Shown here: positions 17,074 through 30,238 of the stretch, piece after piece
How the letters are laid out: each line of letters starts with the position of its first letter
Numbering within the stretch: the first letter of the stretch is position 1
Assembly: GCA_964405125.1 (NCBI GenBank)
Contig: CAYOMT010000001.1
Span: 1-38,873, forward strand
DNA length: 38,873 bases
Origin: an uncultured bacterium
GTDB taxonomy: Bacteria; Chlamydiota; Chlamydiia; Chlamydiales; SM23-39
Direction: 5' to 3'
Made by a program: the position numbers and the translations under genes
Notes under the pieces: model-generated
The model's database searches: none
What the model saw: the letters and a program-made list of their open reading frames with translations, nothing else
Told to the model about the DNA's origin: nothing

Positions 17074-17570
17074 CGTTTAAAATCTCCCTGATTGTATCGA
17101 GTAATAATCCTCTGGATAATATCGGTCGAAGAAATGCCCGGTGTATATGGAACCGTTCGAAATAAACCCAATTTTAACGCCACTCCATACTGATCTTCCA
17201 AAAGATCCTCTTTGAAATCATCGCCATGGACGATGTAATCAATTCCAAGCTCTTCCACCATCTCTTCCGTGAGTCTCAAAGGCGGAGCGATCACCACCTG
17301 ATCGACATATTTACATGCAGCAATGACCTTCGCTCTCTCTTCTAAACTCATCACAGGAATTCTTTTGTATCCTTCTACGACATCATCCGCAAGAACGCCC
17401 ACGATCAAATAATTGCCAAAACTTTTCGCTTTTTTTAAAAACTCTACATGGCCTGCATGAAATAAATCTCCCACAATATCCACGTAAACGCAAACACGCT
17501 CTTCCGCGCCATCAAAACGGGCAAATAAAGAAACAAGAAAACAAAAGAAAAACCAATGGAATTTTTTCAT
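17070..17570 (-). CDS. Cytidylyltransferase-family protein (TagD / CCT / ECT-like, HxGH class) with an N-terminal hydrophobic segment
   Basis: VYVDIVGDLFHAGHVEFLKKAK (HxGH), GNYLIVGVLADD, MSLEERAKVIAACKYVDQVV, YIVHGDD, RTVPYTPGISSTDIIQRI (RTxGISTSDI motif). The N-terminus is MKKFHWFFFCFLVSLFARF. AAGAGG SD lies upstream of ATG 17568-17570. Confidence 0.85.
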   Translation of the reverse strand: MKKFHWFFFCFLVSLFARFDGAEERVCVYVDIVGDLFHAGHVEFLKKAKSFGNYLIVGVLADDVVEGYKRIPVMSLEERAKVIAACKYVDQVVIAPPLRLTEEMVEELGIDYIVHGDDFKEDLLEDQYGVALKLGLFRTVPYTPGISSTDIIQRIITRYNQGDFKR

Positions 17571-17630
17571 ACGACAGAGCCTCTTAAAAAAAATATAGAT
17601 AAGAAAGCTACTCTGAGTGGCTATTTTTGG

Positions 17631-21443
<3,813 letters not shown>

Positions 21444-21498
21444 ACGTTTAGCTTTATTAACAACAGATATATAATACCTCAAAAAATAAAGAGGTTTT

Positions 21499-22905
21499 AT
21501 GTCTTTGATTTCATGTACTGATTTTATTACTGACACAGAAATATTGAATATAACCCAACCCCCTGAATCCCAAAAAACGGAAAAAAATTTATACGAGAAA
21601 ATTCAAGAAACCCCAAAAATTTCTGAATTTACCGGATCTATTTTAGGTTCAAGAAAGGTCGCCAATCTGACGGAAGTGGCGAGCCGTGTGGTTCCATGCA
21701 CAGTCAAAATCGAGATCATCGCTACCTCTCAAACCATCTATAATTCTGCGGAATCTGCCTATCCAGCTCATGGATCTGGTTTTTTCATTTCATCGGATGG
21801 ATATATTGTGACAAACCACCATGTAATTGAGGGCGCCAAGAATATCAAAATAATATTGAAAAACGGACAGCATTTTCCAGCCACGATCAAAGGATCCGAT
21901 CCGGAAACAGATATAGCTCTTTTAAAAATCGAAGCAGAAAATCTCCCTTATCTTTCTTTTGCAGATTCAGATTTAGCGCAAATCGGAGAAAGCACTCTCT
22001 TGGTGGGAAATCCATTGGGATTGAGCCACCTCTTAACTTTGGGAGTCCTCGGAGGGAAAGGGTCTGGAAAAAGCACTTATGCAGGACCTTGGATACCGGA
22101 ACATTTAGGTAAGTACGCAGATTATTTGATTGCAGATACGACAACTCTTCCGGGAAATTCAGGAGGCCCTTTACTCAATCGATGCGGAGAAGTCATTGGC
22201 GTATGCACAAGAGCCGCGATGGGCATCGGAATACATATCGCAAGCAATACAGCGCATCAAGTGGTCAATGCCCTGATGACAGAGGGGCATGTAACTAGAT
22301 CTTGGTTTGGGGCTCAAGTTGATTCTTTAGAGGACTTTCCTCCAGTCGAAAACTTCCCTGAAAAAGGACTCGTAATTCTCAACCTCATCGAAGATTCCCC
22401 GGCTATGCAATCTGGTCTAAAAAAGCACGATGTCATTATCCAATGCAACGGAGAAGAAGTTCTGCCACGAGATCAATTCTATCAAGATCTCGCCATGAAA
22501 ATGTCCCCTGGCTCAGAGATGAAATTATCTATCTTGCGAGAAGGACAGCCTATCGAAATCACTGTGATTTTAGGATCCCGCCTTGTCGATATGTCTATCC
22601 CCATTGAAAAATTAGGGATGCGCATTCAAAATTTAAACGACGACAAACTGTTTGAATTCGGCTTCGATACAAATATTCAAGGAGTTTTCATCTCCGAAGT
22701 AGAGTGCAATCTTCCTGCAAACCAAGCGGGATTGCGTCCAACGGATATCATCACCGGAGCCATTGTCATGGGACAGGAAAAACGGATTGCCAATGTGGAC
22801 GATTTTCTAGATATTCTAAAGATGTCGGAAGACAAAACTAATATTTTGTTAACTATCCGCTCATCAAATCGAAGCTGCCAGGATTATCGATACGTTAATT
22901 TCTGA
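21499..22905 (+). CDS. HtrA/DegP-family trypsin-like serine protease with PDZ region and no obvious signal peptide
   Basis: Triad contexts VTNHHVIEGA (His), DPETDIALLKI (Asp), LPGNSGGPLLN (Ser). The C-terminal ~200 aa are PDZ-like (GLVILNLIEDSPAMQSGLKKHDVI; GVFISEV..NLPANQAGLRPTDII). AAAGAGG SD precedes ATG 21499. The N-terminus MSLISCTDFITDTE is not hydrophobic. Confidence 0.8.
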   Translation: MSLISCTDFITDTEILNITQPPESQKTEKNLYEKIQETPKISEFTGSILGSRKVANLTEVASRVVPCTVKIEIIATSQTIYNSAESAYPAHGSGFFISSDGYIVTNHHVIEGAKNIKIILKNGQHFPATIKGSDPETDIALLKIEAENLPYLSFADSDLAQIGESTLLVGNPLGLSHLLTLGVLGGKGSGKSTYAGPWIPEHLGKYADYLIADTTTLPGNSGGPLLNRCGEVIGVCTRAAMGIGIHIASNTAHQVVNALMTEGHVTRSWFGAQVDSLEDFPPVENFPEKGLVILNLIEDSPAMQSGLKKHDVIIQCNGEEVLPRDQFYQDLAMKMSPGSEMKLSILREGQPIEITVILGSRLVDMSIPIEKLGMRIQNLNDDKLFEFGFDTNIQGVFISEVECNLPANQAGLRPTDIITGAIVMGQEKRIANVDDFLDILKMSEDKTNILLTIRSSNRSCQDYRYVNF

Positions 22906-25787
22906 TGGATTTGACTCCTTCTCGAAAGAAAGATATAATCGCCTGCAATTTATCAAGGCGTACTTCTATGACCTCCCTTTCGAAAGCATACGACCCCAAA
23001 TTAGTGGAAGAAAAATGGTACGCCTTTTGGGAAGAAGAAGGTTTTTTTAAAGCGGATTCATCTTCAAAAAAAGATCCTTACTGCATCGTCATCCCTCCCC
23101 CCAATGTGACCGGAGTTCTCCACATGGGGCACGCCCTTGTCGATACAATCCAAGATATTTTGATCCGTTTGAAAAGAATGCAAGGGTATGAAACGCTCTG
23201 GATTCCCGGGACCGATCATGCAGGGATTGCGACGCAAGGAGTCGTCGAAAAGATGCTCTTTGCCAAAACGGGCAAAAGACGGAAAGATTTTGGGAGAGAA
23301 GAATTTTTAGAGGCCGTTTGGGATTGGAAGGAAAAAAGCGAGGCGCAAATTTTAGGCCAGATCAAAAAACTGGGCTGCTCTTGCGACTGGTCTCGTCTTC
23401 GCTTTACCATGGATGAAAAATGCAATAAGGCCGTCCGCACTTGTTTCAAAAAAATGTTTGACGAAAAGCTGATTTACCAGGGCGATTATCTCGTCAACTG
23501 GGATCCTGTCACGCAAACAGCCCTTTCCGATGACGAAGTCGAATATGAAGAAAAAAACTCCTCTTTTTGGTTCATCCGGTATCCTCTTGAAAACTCTCAG
23601 GGCCATATCATTGTCGCCACAACAAGACCCGAAACTCTCCTCGGAGATACCGCCATCGCAGTCCATCCGGAAGATGCCCGATATAAAGCGCTCATCGGGC
23701 AAAACGCAATTGTCCCCTTCATGGGAAGAAAAATCCCCATTCTTGCCGATCCATTCGTCGATCCCTCACTCGGCACGGGCGCTGTAAAAATCACTCCGGC
23801 CCATGACTTCAACGACTTTGAAATGGGGCGCCGCCACAATCTTCCGATGATCAATATTTTAACTCCGGATGCAAAAATCCTTGAAATCGGAGGCTCTTTT
23901 GCCGGTCTTTCCGTAGAAGAGGCCCGCTACAAAATCGTGGAAGCGCTCAAGAAAAAAAATCTGATTGAAAAGATCGAGCCCCATGTACTGCGCGTCGGCC
24001 TTTCCTACAGATCCAAAGCCATATTGCAGCCCTATTTATCGAAACAATGGTTCATCCGGATGGATCATTTCAAAAAAAGGCTCATGTCGGCGGTCTTAGA
24101 AAAGCGGGTCAAACTCATCCCTCCCCACTGGGAAGCAACCTACCTCCATTGGATTGAAAACTTACGCGACTGGTGTATTTCGCGGCAGCTTTGGTGGGGT
24201 CATCGCATTCCCATTTGGTATAACAAAAAAAATCGGGATGAAATCATCTGTTATGCCGGTGACGGAATCCCCCCTGAAGTGAAACAAAATCCAGAATCCT
24301 GGGAACAAGACCCCGATGTCCTCGATACATGGTTCTCGTCAGCTCTTTGGCCTCTCAGTACATTGGGATGGCCGGACAAAACGGCAGATTTTGACAAATT
24401 TTATCCCACATCGACCCTAGTTACCGCCCATGATATTCTATTTTTCTGGGTGGCGCGGATGATCATGATGGGAGAATATTTGACCGATGAGGTCCCTTTT
24501 AAAGAAACCTTCCTCCATGGCCTTATCTATGGCAAGTCGTATTGGAAAACGGGAAGCGATGGATCTGTTGCATATATCACGGGAGAAGAAAAGAAAAAGT
24601 ACGATCTAGGAGAACCTCTTGGTAAAGACATTGAGACAAAATGGGAAAAAATGTCGAAGACCAAAGGGAATGTGATCGATCCTCTCGCCATGATCCAGGA
24701 GTATGGAGCCGATGCCGTCCGTTTTGCCCTTTGCTCTAGCACGACCCACGCGCGCCAAATCGATCTAGACCAAAGACGCTTTGAAGAATTTAAGAATTTT
24801 GCCAATAAAGTTTGGAATGGCGCCAGATTTGTCATGATGAATATCGAATCGATGACATCCGAACAGCTCTCCAGCGGAATCCATCCCCATCTATTGACCT
24901 TGGAAGATCAATGGATTCTATCCGTCTTGAATCGAATGATCCAAGAGATCAATGCCCATTTCGATGCGTATGCCTTCGATAAGGCGGCCACCTGCGCCTA
25001 TGAATTTTTCTGGAATGATTTTTGTTCGGTCTATGTGGAACTTGCTAAGCCTGTTTTATTTGGAAAAGCGGGCACGCCTGAACTTCGTTTAAATAAACAA
25101 AAACTGCTCGTCATTCTCCTCGTAAATACCATGCGCTCTTTGCATCCAATTGCCCCTTTCATCACAGAAGAAATCTTTCAGAACATCAAAAATCTCTTTC
25201 CCCACATCCACTTAAAAGATTCCGATCCATACACGCAAGATGCCATAAAAGCGCTTCTTTCGAAAGCCTGCATAACCGCCCCCTTTCCGAAGGTCATCAA
25301 TGAAGAGGACATCAATGCCCCTATCGAGGCCGATTTCCATTTCATGAATGAACTAGTCCGCACTGTCCGCAATATCCGAACGGAGATGCAAATCCCTCCT
25401 GCCGAAAAAACAGATCTTTACATCATCGGCATGGAAGGCTCGAAAGAAATGGAGAAGGGAGAAAAAAATAAGACAATCCTCCTTTCTTTGACGCCAACAG
25501 CCCAATTGATTTTTACAAATCAAGAGCCCGTAGAATTTGGTTCGAAAGGAGTTGTCGGATCTTTGAAATTGTTCATCCCCATTCCCGCCTCGAGAAAAGA
25601 GAAAGAAAAGGCCCGCCTGAAAAAAGAACAGGAAAAACTCGAAAAGCTTGCGGCAAGTACAGAAGCAAGACTCAATAATCCCGAGTTCAGATCCCGCGCG
25701 CCCCAAGAAATTGTCCGAAATCTAGAAGAGACACTCTCTACCACAAAACAGCAGCTCAAAGAAATTGCAGCGCAAATCCATTCATAA
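22905..25787 (+). CDS. valS: Valine-tRNA ligase
   Basis: PPPNVTGVLHMGHAL (HIGH), KMSKTKGN (KMSKS), WCISRQLWWGHRIP, and a C-terminal coiled coil. ATG 22905 overlaps the upstream stop (TGATG). An alternative start at ATG 22968 (MTSLSKAYDPKLVEEKWY) fits typical ValRS N-termini better. Confidence 0.93.
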   Translation: MDLTPSRKKDIIACNLSRRTSMTSLSKAYDPKLVEEKWYAFWEEEGFFKADSSSKKDPYCIVIPPPNVTGVLHMGHALVDTIQDILIRLKRMQGYETLWIPGTDHAGIATQGVVEKMLFAKTGKRRKDFGREEFLEAVWDWKEKSEAQILGQIKKLGCSCDWSRLRFTMDEKCNKAVRTCFKKMFDEKLIYQGDYLVNWDPVTQTALSDDEVEYEEKNSSFWFIRYPLENSQGHIIVATTRPETLLGDTAIAVHPEDARYKALIGQNAIVPFMGRKIPILADPFVDPSLGTGAVKITPAHDFNDFEMGRRHNLPMINILTPDAKILEIGGSFAGLSVEEARYKIVEALKKKNLIEKIEPHVLRVGLSYRSKAILQPYLSKQWFIRMDHFKKRLMSAVLEKRVKLIPPHWEATYLHWIENLRDWCISRQLWWGHRIPIWYNKKNRDEIICYAGDGIPPEVKQNPESWEQDPDVLDTWFSSALWPLSTLGWPDKTADFDKFYPTSTLVTAHDILFFWVARMIMMGEYLTDEVPFKETFLHGLIYGKSYWKTGSDGSVAYITGEEKKKYDLGEPLGKDIETKWEKMSKTKGNVIDPLAMIQEYGADAVRFALCSSTTHARQIDLDQRRFEEFKNFANKVWNGARFVMMNIESMTSEQLSSGIHPHLLTLEDQWILSVLNRMIQEINAHFDAYAFDKAATCAYEFFWNDFCSVYVELAKPVLFGKAGTPELRLNKQKLLVILLVNTMRSLHPIAPFITEEIFQNIKNLFPHIHLKDSDPYTQDAIKALLSKACITAPFPKVINEEDINAPIEADFHFMNELVRTVRNIRTEMQIPPAEKTDLYIIGMEGSKEMEKGEKNKTILLSLTPTAQLIFTNQEPVEFGSKGVVGSLKLFIPIPASRKEKEKARLKKEQEKLEKLAASTEARLNNPEFRSRAPQEIVRNLEETLSTTKQQLKEIAAQIHS

Positions 25788-27764
25788 TTTCTCTCGGATA
25801 AGGGCTGAAGCTGCATCGGCGCTTGGATCTTTGATTCCATTCAAAATGAAGTTGGCTCCTTGAAAATCATTTCCAATGGGCTCGGCCTTGCCTCCGAGAA
25901 TGTCGGATAAGAATTGTTCCGTCATCGCATAAAACGACAAGCGGTTATCGGGCTTTGCAAAACCATGTCCTTCGGAAGGATATAAGGCGTAAATCACAGG
26001 GATGCTGTTTTTTTCCATCGCATCGACGATTTGATCGGCCTCAGCCTGTTTGACTCTTGGATCATACGCCCCTTGCGCAATCAAAAGGGGTTTGTTGATC
26101 CGGCTTACAAAGGTGAGAGGAGATTTTTCTTTCAATTCGCTGAGCCCTTTTTCTGTATCCCATGTCCCCACCCTTTTTTTCATATCGCTGATGATCGGTT
26201 TCCAATACGGAGGGAAACTCGCAAGAAGGGTCACGAGATTGGAAGGTCCTACAATGTCAACGCCGCAGGCGAAAACATCGGGAGTAAACGTAAGGCCAAC
26301 TAAAGTGGCATAACCGCCGTAGCTGCCGCCCATGATCGCAATTTTCTTCGGATCGGCAATCTTATTTTGGATCGCCCAGTTGACGCTATCGATGAGATCA
26401 TCGTGCATCTTCCGGCTCCACTCCAAATTCCCGGCGTTGACAAATTTTTTACCAAACCCGGTAGAGCCTCGATAATTCACACTTAAAACGGCATAGCCTC
26501 GATTGGCAAGCCATTGATGGGTAGAATTAATGCCCCACGAATCCCTGGCCCAAGGCCCCCCATGGACAAATAGGACAAGAGGCAAAGATTTGTCAGCTTT
26601 TTCAGGAAGAGTCAGATAGCATACGAGATCGAGATCATCCCGCGCTTGAATGACGACAGGACGCATCGGAACGAGTTTATATTTTTCCAGATCCGGATTT
26701 CCGCTGAAAAGAAACTGTAATTTTGATTTTTTTCGATGATACACATAGTAATTCGGCGGCATCATGTCGTCCGAATATGCGACAATCCATGTCTTGTCGT
26801 TGAGACTGCGGGAGACGATATAAAAATATCCCTGATGGAGCGTTTTTAAATGTGCAATCTCTTTTTTGATGGAAGGGTCCAATACTTGAATGGAGGGTTT
26901 GTCGTAATTGACTTCAATGGCCTGGATCGTCTTTTTTGTGGGATGCACCGTAAATGCATTTAAATCGGCTCTCGGATCTTGGGCAATTGTCGTCATTTTG
27001 CCCGTCTTCAAGTTGAGCGATTTCAAAGCCACCGTATCGGTTTCTCGAGAATCGAGTAAGTAAGCAAGGGTGTTATCTTTGTTGAAACCAATAATGTCGG
27101 TACTTTTTGCATCTTCCATCGGCACTTTTGTGAAAAATACCCAGGCATCTTTTTTCCTCTCGAAAATTTCCTGATCCCCTTCTTCATTCACATAGACGCC
27201 ATAGCGGATATCTAAATTATTGTCGGCAATGATTTCAGAGTATTTATGATTTTCCAAAACAAGTTTCAAGCTCGAATCTTTTAAATTGAGCTTATAGACA
27301 TCGAAATATTCTTTATCCCTCTCATTGAGGCCAATTAAAATTTCTTCCGGATGACTGATGCTGGCTGCATAAAGAACTGTTTTTACCCCTCTTTCGGGAG
27401 TGAGCAATTGGCTTTTGTGCGTGTCTAGATTGTAGCTGTAGAGCCTAAAATTTTCATCGCCCTTGAAATCCTGCAGATAGAGAATATGTTTGAGATCGTA
27501 TGCCCAATAGTATTGTCTAATGCCGCGATCGGCATCATGAGTGATCGCCTCGGCTTTTTGCATATCATTTTGAGGGGCAATCCAAACATTCAACACCCCA
27601 TTTTCGGGGGCGAGATAGCTCACATATTTCCCATCGGGACTGAGGCGCACCATCGTTTTACTTGGATTGCCAAAAATGACGGTGCGAGGAATCAATTCTT
27701 CAGAGTGCACATGACAATTCATAAAGATACTCAAAAAGCATGCAAGAAAAAACCTACAAGACAT
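25782..27764 (-). CDS. S9-family serine peptidase (prolyl oligopeptidase / dipeptidyl- or acylaminoacyl-peptidase-like), secreted
   Basis: Signal peptide MSCRFFLACFLSIFMNCHVHS, an N-terminal propeller-like region, and a C-terminal alpha/beta hydrolase with GGSYGGY (GxSxGG), AQGAYDPRV (Asp) and PSEGHGF (His). GAGGA SD. The 3' end overlaps valS by 6 nt. Confidence 0.85.
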   Translation of the reverse strand: MSCRFFLACFLSIFMNCHVHSEELIPRTVIFGNPSKTMVRLSPDGKYVSYLAPENGVLNVWIAPQNDMQKAEAITHDADRGIRQYYWAYDLKHILYLQDFKGDENFRLYSYNLDTHKSQLLTPERGVKTVLYAASISHPEEILIGLNERDKEYFDVYKLNLKDSSLKLVLENHKYSEIIADNNLDIRYGVYVNEEGDQEIFERKKDAWVFFTKVPMEDAKSTDIIGFNKDNTLAYLLDSRETDTVALKSLNLKTGKMTTIAQDPRADLNAFTVHPTKKTIQAIEVNYDKPSIQVLDPSIKKEIAHLKTLHQGYFYIVSRSLNDKTWIVAYSDDMMPPNYYVYHRKKSKLQFLFSGNPDLEKYKLVPMRPVVIQARDDLDLVCYLTLPEKADKSLPLVLFVHGGPWARDSWGINSTHQWLANRGYAVLSVNYRGSTGFGKKFVNAGNLEWSRKMHDDLIDSVNWAIQNKIADPKKIAIMGGSYGGYATLVGLTFTPDVFACGVDIVGPSNLVTLLASFPPYWKPIISDMKKRVGTWDTEKGLSELKEKSPLTFVSRINKPLLIAQGAYDPRVKQAEADQIVDAMEKNSIPVIYALYPSEGHGFAKPDNRLSFYAMTEQFLSDILGGKAEPIGNDFQGANFILNGIKDPSADAASALIREKL

Positions 27765-27843
27765 GAGGGATCCTCTCGGATAAGATAAAGAAACAAATTG
27801 TATAGAAATTTTATTTGAAGCGCAAAGGAGAAAAATTGAATTT

Positions 27844-27872
27844 ACAACTTGCAGTGTAAGGCTGCAAGTTGT
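27844..27872 (-). terminator. Probable terminator of the V-ATPase operon
   Basis: Perfect 11-bp stem ACAACTTGCAG / CTGCAAGTTGT with a 7-nt loop, 7 nt downstream (minus strand) of the atpK stop. On the minus strand it is followed by AAATTCAATTTTTCTCC, so the T-run is not immediately adjacent. Confidence 0.55.
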
Positions 27873-27878
27873 CGTTTC

Positions 27879-28304
27879 TTATGAAAGAAGCAATAGACCA
27901 AAGACGAAAGCAAAAATCGCAAAGCCTTCCACGATCCCAATTGCCAAAAAGGCTTTTCCAAAGACCGCAGGCTGTTTCGCCGTCGCTTGAATGGCGCTGG
28001 CTGCGCATCTTCCTTGATAGGTCGCAGAGACAATCAAGGCAAGGCCCACAAAAAGACCAATCCCAATTCCGCTTAAAGGATCCAAAGTTCCCGTTTTGAT
28101 TGCGTTTTTCATCAAAACCATCAAAACAAATCCGAGAATGGATTGCGTTGAGGGAGCCGCCGACAAACCGATAAATTTTCCATGCCCTTCTTCCACGCGG
28201 GTCATTGCTCCATGCGACGCCATCCCGGCAATCCCGCAGCCAATTGCACTCCCTGTGCAGCCCAATCCCAAAACAATGGCAGGTCCGACCATCTCCATTC
28301 CCAT
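27879..28304 (-). CDS. atpK: V-type ATPase subunit K (proteolipid c)
   Basis: 141 aa of Gly/Ala-rich helices (LGLGCTGSAIGCGIAGMA) with a conserved Glu in AIGIVEGFAIFAFV. AGGAGA SD. It is the last gene of the operon. Confidence 0.9.
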   Translation of the reverse strand: MGMEMVGPAIVLGLGCTGSAIGCGIAGMASHGAMTRVEEGHGKFIGLSAAPSTQSILGFVLMVLMKNAIKTGTLDPLSGIGIGLFVGLALIVSATYQGRCAASAIQATAKQPAVFGKAFLAIGIVEGFAIFAFVFGLLLLS

Positions 28305-28315
28305 ACCTTTTTCTC

Positions 28316-30238
28316 CTATTTTGTCTTATTTAATCGAAGAGGGCTAAAAAGTCGTCCTCCGCCCTCGAAACTATAATGAAACCACTCCAAAAAATTCAAA
28401 CGAAGTCCATGTACGACTCCGCCCATCAAACAGATCAAAATGTTGATCGAGTGTCCGAGCAAAATCAATAAAACGGTGATAAATATCCCCGGGTCAACTC
28501 CCAATGCATCATTGAACGTATGCGCCATGACCATGCTCCCCAAAGCCAGAGCATAAAGGCGCAGATAAGAAAGAATATCGGCAAAAATCTGCACCGAGTG
28601 CAAAAGCTCCTGAAAAGCGCCCCACTTTTCCCGGATCAATGCCGCGATAAAAGCCAAGGAGACTCCCCCAATAATGAGCCACGCGCCCCAAAAATAGGCT
28701 TCTATCTTCGGAATCCAACCCATAAAATTGACGAGCACGGTCGCATGAATGATCGAAGGAAAATAAAGATACCCCCCGATAATAAAGCACACCCAGCCCA
28801 AGCCCGACTCTCTTCTTTTCAAATACCGCAAAAGAGAAAGGCTGATGTGGATGATCCCAATTAAAAAAGAAAATTCGAGAAGGATATTGTCTGAAAACTC
28901 TTCAAAGACAGGATACGTTTTCTTATCCGAAATCATCTGCGTTGCATCCAAAAGCAAATCTTCGCCGCTTTGTGCAGAAGACACCGCTGGATAGTCTTTG
29001 AGAATCTCTTGATATACATCGTCCTTCATCGCGAAATGGTAATCTGCCTTTTTCTCTACGAGAAACCCGAGGAGCGAATATTTTTCAATCGGATGATTGG
29101 GAGCAAATCCGATCCCAAAATAGGATGCCGTCAAAACGCCCCACAAAATCGAGCAAGTGGACAGAATCACGCTCAGTTTGACCATTCTTTTTTTCACGCC
29201 TTGAAGGCTCGGAAATTTCCTCCGAATCCAAAGCGAGATGCAAAGGAAAATCAGCCCATATCCGGCATCGGCTATAATCATCGAAAAAAAGAGGGCAAAA
29301 AAGACGAGGACCCACATCGAAGGGTCTTTATCCTTGTGCGATGGCGTGTCAAAAATATGAAGAATATCTTCGCCGATTTTTGCCAAGCCTGTATTTTCTA
29401 AATGAGTCGGCACAATATCTTTTTTCTCAATCGCAATTTTCTCCGCTTCCACATTGAGTCCGCTGAGCAAGCCTGCAAGAGAAGATTCCCTCGTCTTCGG
29501 CACCCACGCTTCTATGGCAAATAATCCATTGTTCAAACTAAGAACTGCATTGTGCTTAGCTAAACGGAGATGGTATTCATTCAAATCCTCGACAAGACCC
29601 GACTGGAGTTTGGGAAGATAATTGGAAAAAGTGCGGATATCGCTTTCCATTTTCGCGATCTCTTCGCGCAAAACTTGCAAGCGCTCTCGCAATACTCCGA
29701 CCGGACGATCGATCGTGATCTCGATCATTTTGGGGTATTGCTTCCTTTCCTCGTGAATGGCAACGAAATAATCCAAATCATATTCCGTTCCCACATGAAT
29801 GAGCTCAGGCGGCAGCGACATTTCAGAGGCCAAATCGCTTTTCATACAAAAAAATTGGAATACTTTTTTTGTCTCATTTTCCAATTGATTGAGATCCTCT
29901 CTCGAAAAATCTCCAAATGCAGAAATGCGGGAGATCTCCGCAATGAGAACTCTCTCTTCTTCAAAAAGGACTTCCTCCTCAGCTTTCATAGAAACGATCT
30001 TCTCGGCAATTTTTTCTATAGAAAGATCCGTTGAAGGAGCTTCTTGAGGATGCGTTGGGTAATGTTTCGCAATTTTAATCGCCGTAAGGAATGTTCTTGC
30101 GCTCTGGGGAAGCTCTAAAACTCTTTTTCGAGAAGAGCCGATAAACTCTAAAAACCCAGCTCTTTGCGCCAAAGAGAAAAACAAATCCATCTCTTTCCGA
30201 TTGCCAAAAATAAGATACTTTTCAACATCGACAATCAT
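28316..30238 (-). CDS. atpI: V-type ATPase subunit I (a)
   Basis: 640 aa with an N-terminal soluble coiled-coil half and a C-terminal multi-TM half. The latter contains the a-subunit Arg motif ILSYLRLYALALG. The start overlaps the atpD stop (ATGA). Confidence 0.9.
   Translation of the reverse strand: MIVDVEKYLIFGNRKEMDLFFSLAQRAGFLEFIGSSRKRVLELPQSARTFLTAIKIAKHYPTHPQEAPSTDLSIEKIAEKIVSMKAEEEVLFEEERVLIAEISRISAFGDFSREDLNQLENETKKVFQFFCMKSDLASEMSLPPELIHVGTEYDLDYFVAIHEERKQYPKMIEITIDRPVGVLRERLQVLREEIAKMESDIRTFSNYLPKLQSGLVEDLNEYHLRLAKHNAVLSLNNGLFAIEAWVPKTRESSLAGLLSGLNVEAEKIAIEKKDIVPTHLENTGLAKIGEDILHIFDTPSHKDKDPSMWVLVFFALFFSMIIADAGYGLIFLCISLWIRRKFPSLQGVKKRMVKLSVILSTCSILWGVLTASYFGIGFAPNHPIEKYSLLGFLVEKKADYHFAMKDDVYQEILKDYPAVSSAQSGEDLLLDATQMISDKKTYPVFEEFSDNILLEFSFLIGIIHISLSLLRYLKRRESGLGWVCFIIGGYLYFPSIIHATVLVNFMGWIPKIEAYFWGAWLIIGGVSLAFIAALIREKWGAFQELLHSVQIFADILSYLRLYALALGSMVMAHTFNDALGVDPGIFITVLLILLGHSINILICLMGGVVHGLRLNFLEWFHYSFEGGGRLFSPLRLNKTK

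Noticed and set aside
13754-17570. Phosphonate (2-AEP-type) biosynthesis or tailoring cluster
   Set aside because: A cytidylyltransferase, a 2OG dioxygenase and a PLP enzyme do occur in phosphonate pathways. However, no PEP mutase, phosphonopyruvate decarboxylase or related gene is present in or next to the module, so the idea is unsupported by this window.
27811-28033. Small minus-strand ORFs (63-65 aa) overlapping the atpK 3' end and terminator
   Set aside because: They overlap atpK in alternative frames and span the terminator hairpin. They have no SD or motif support.
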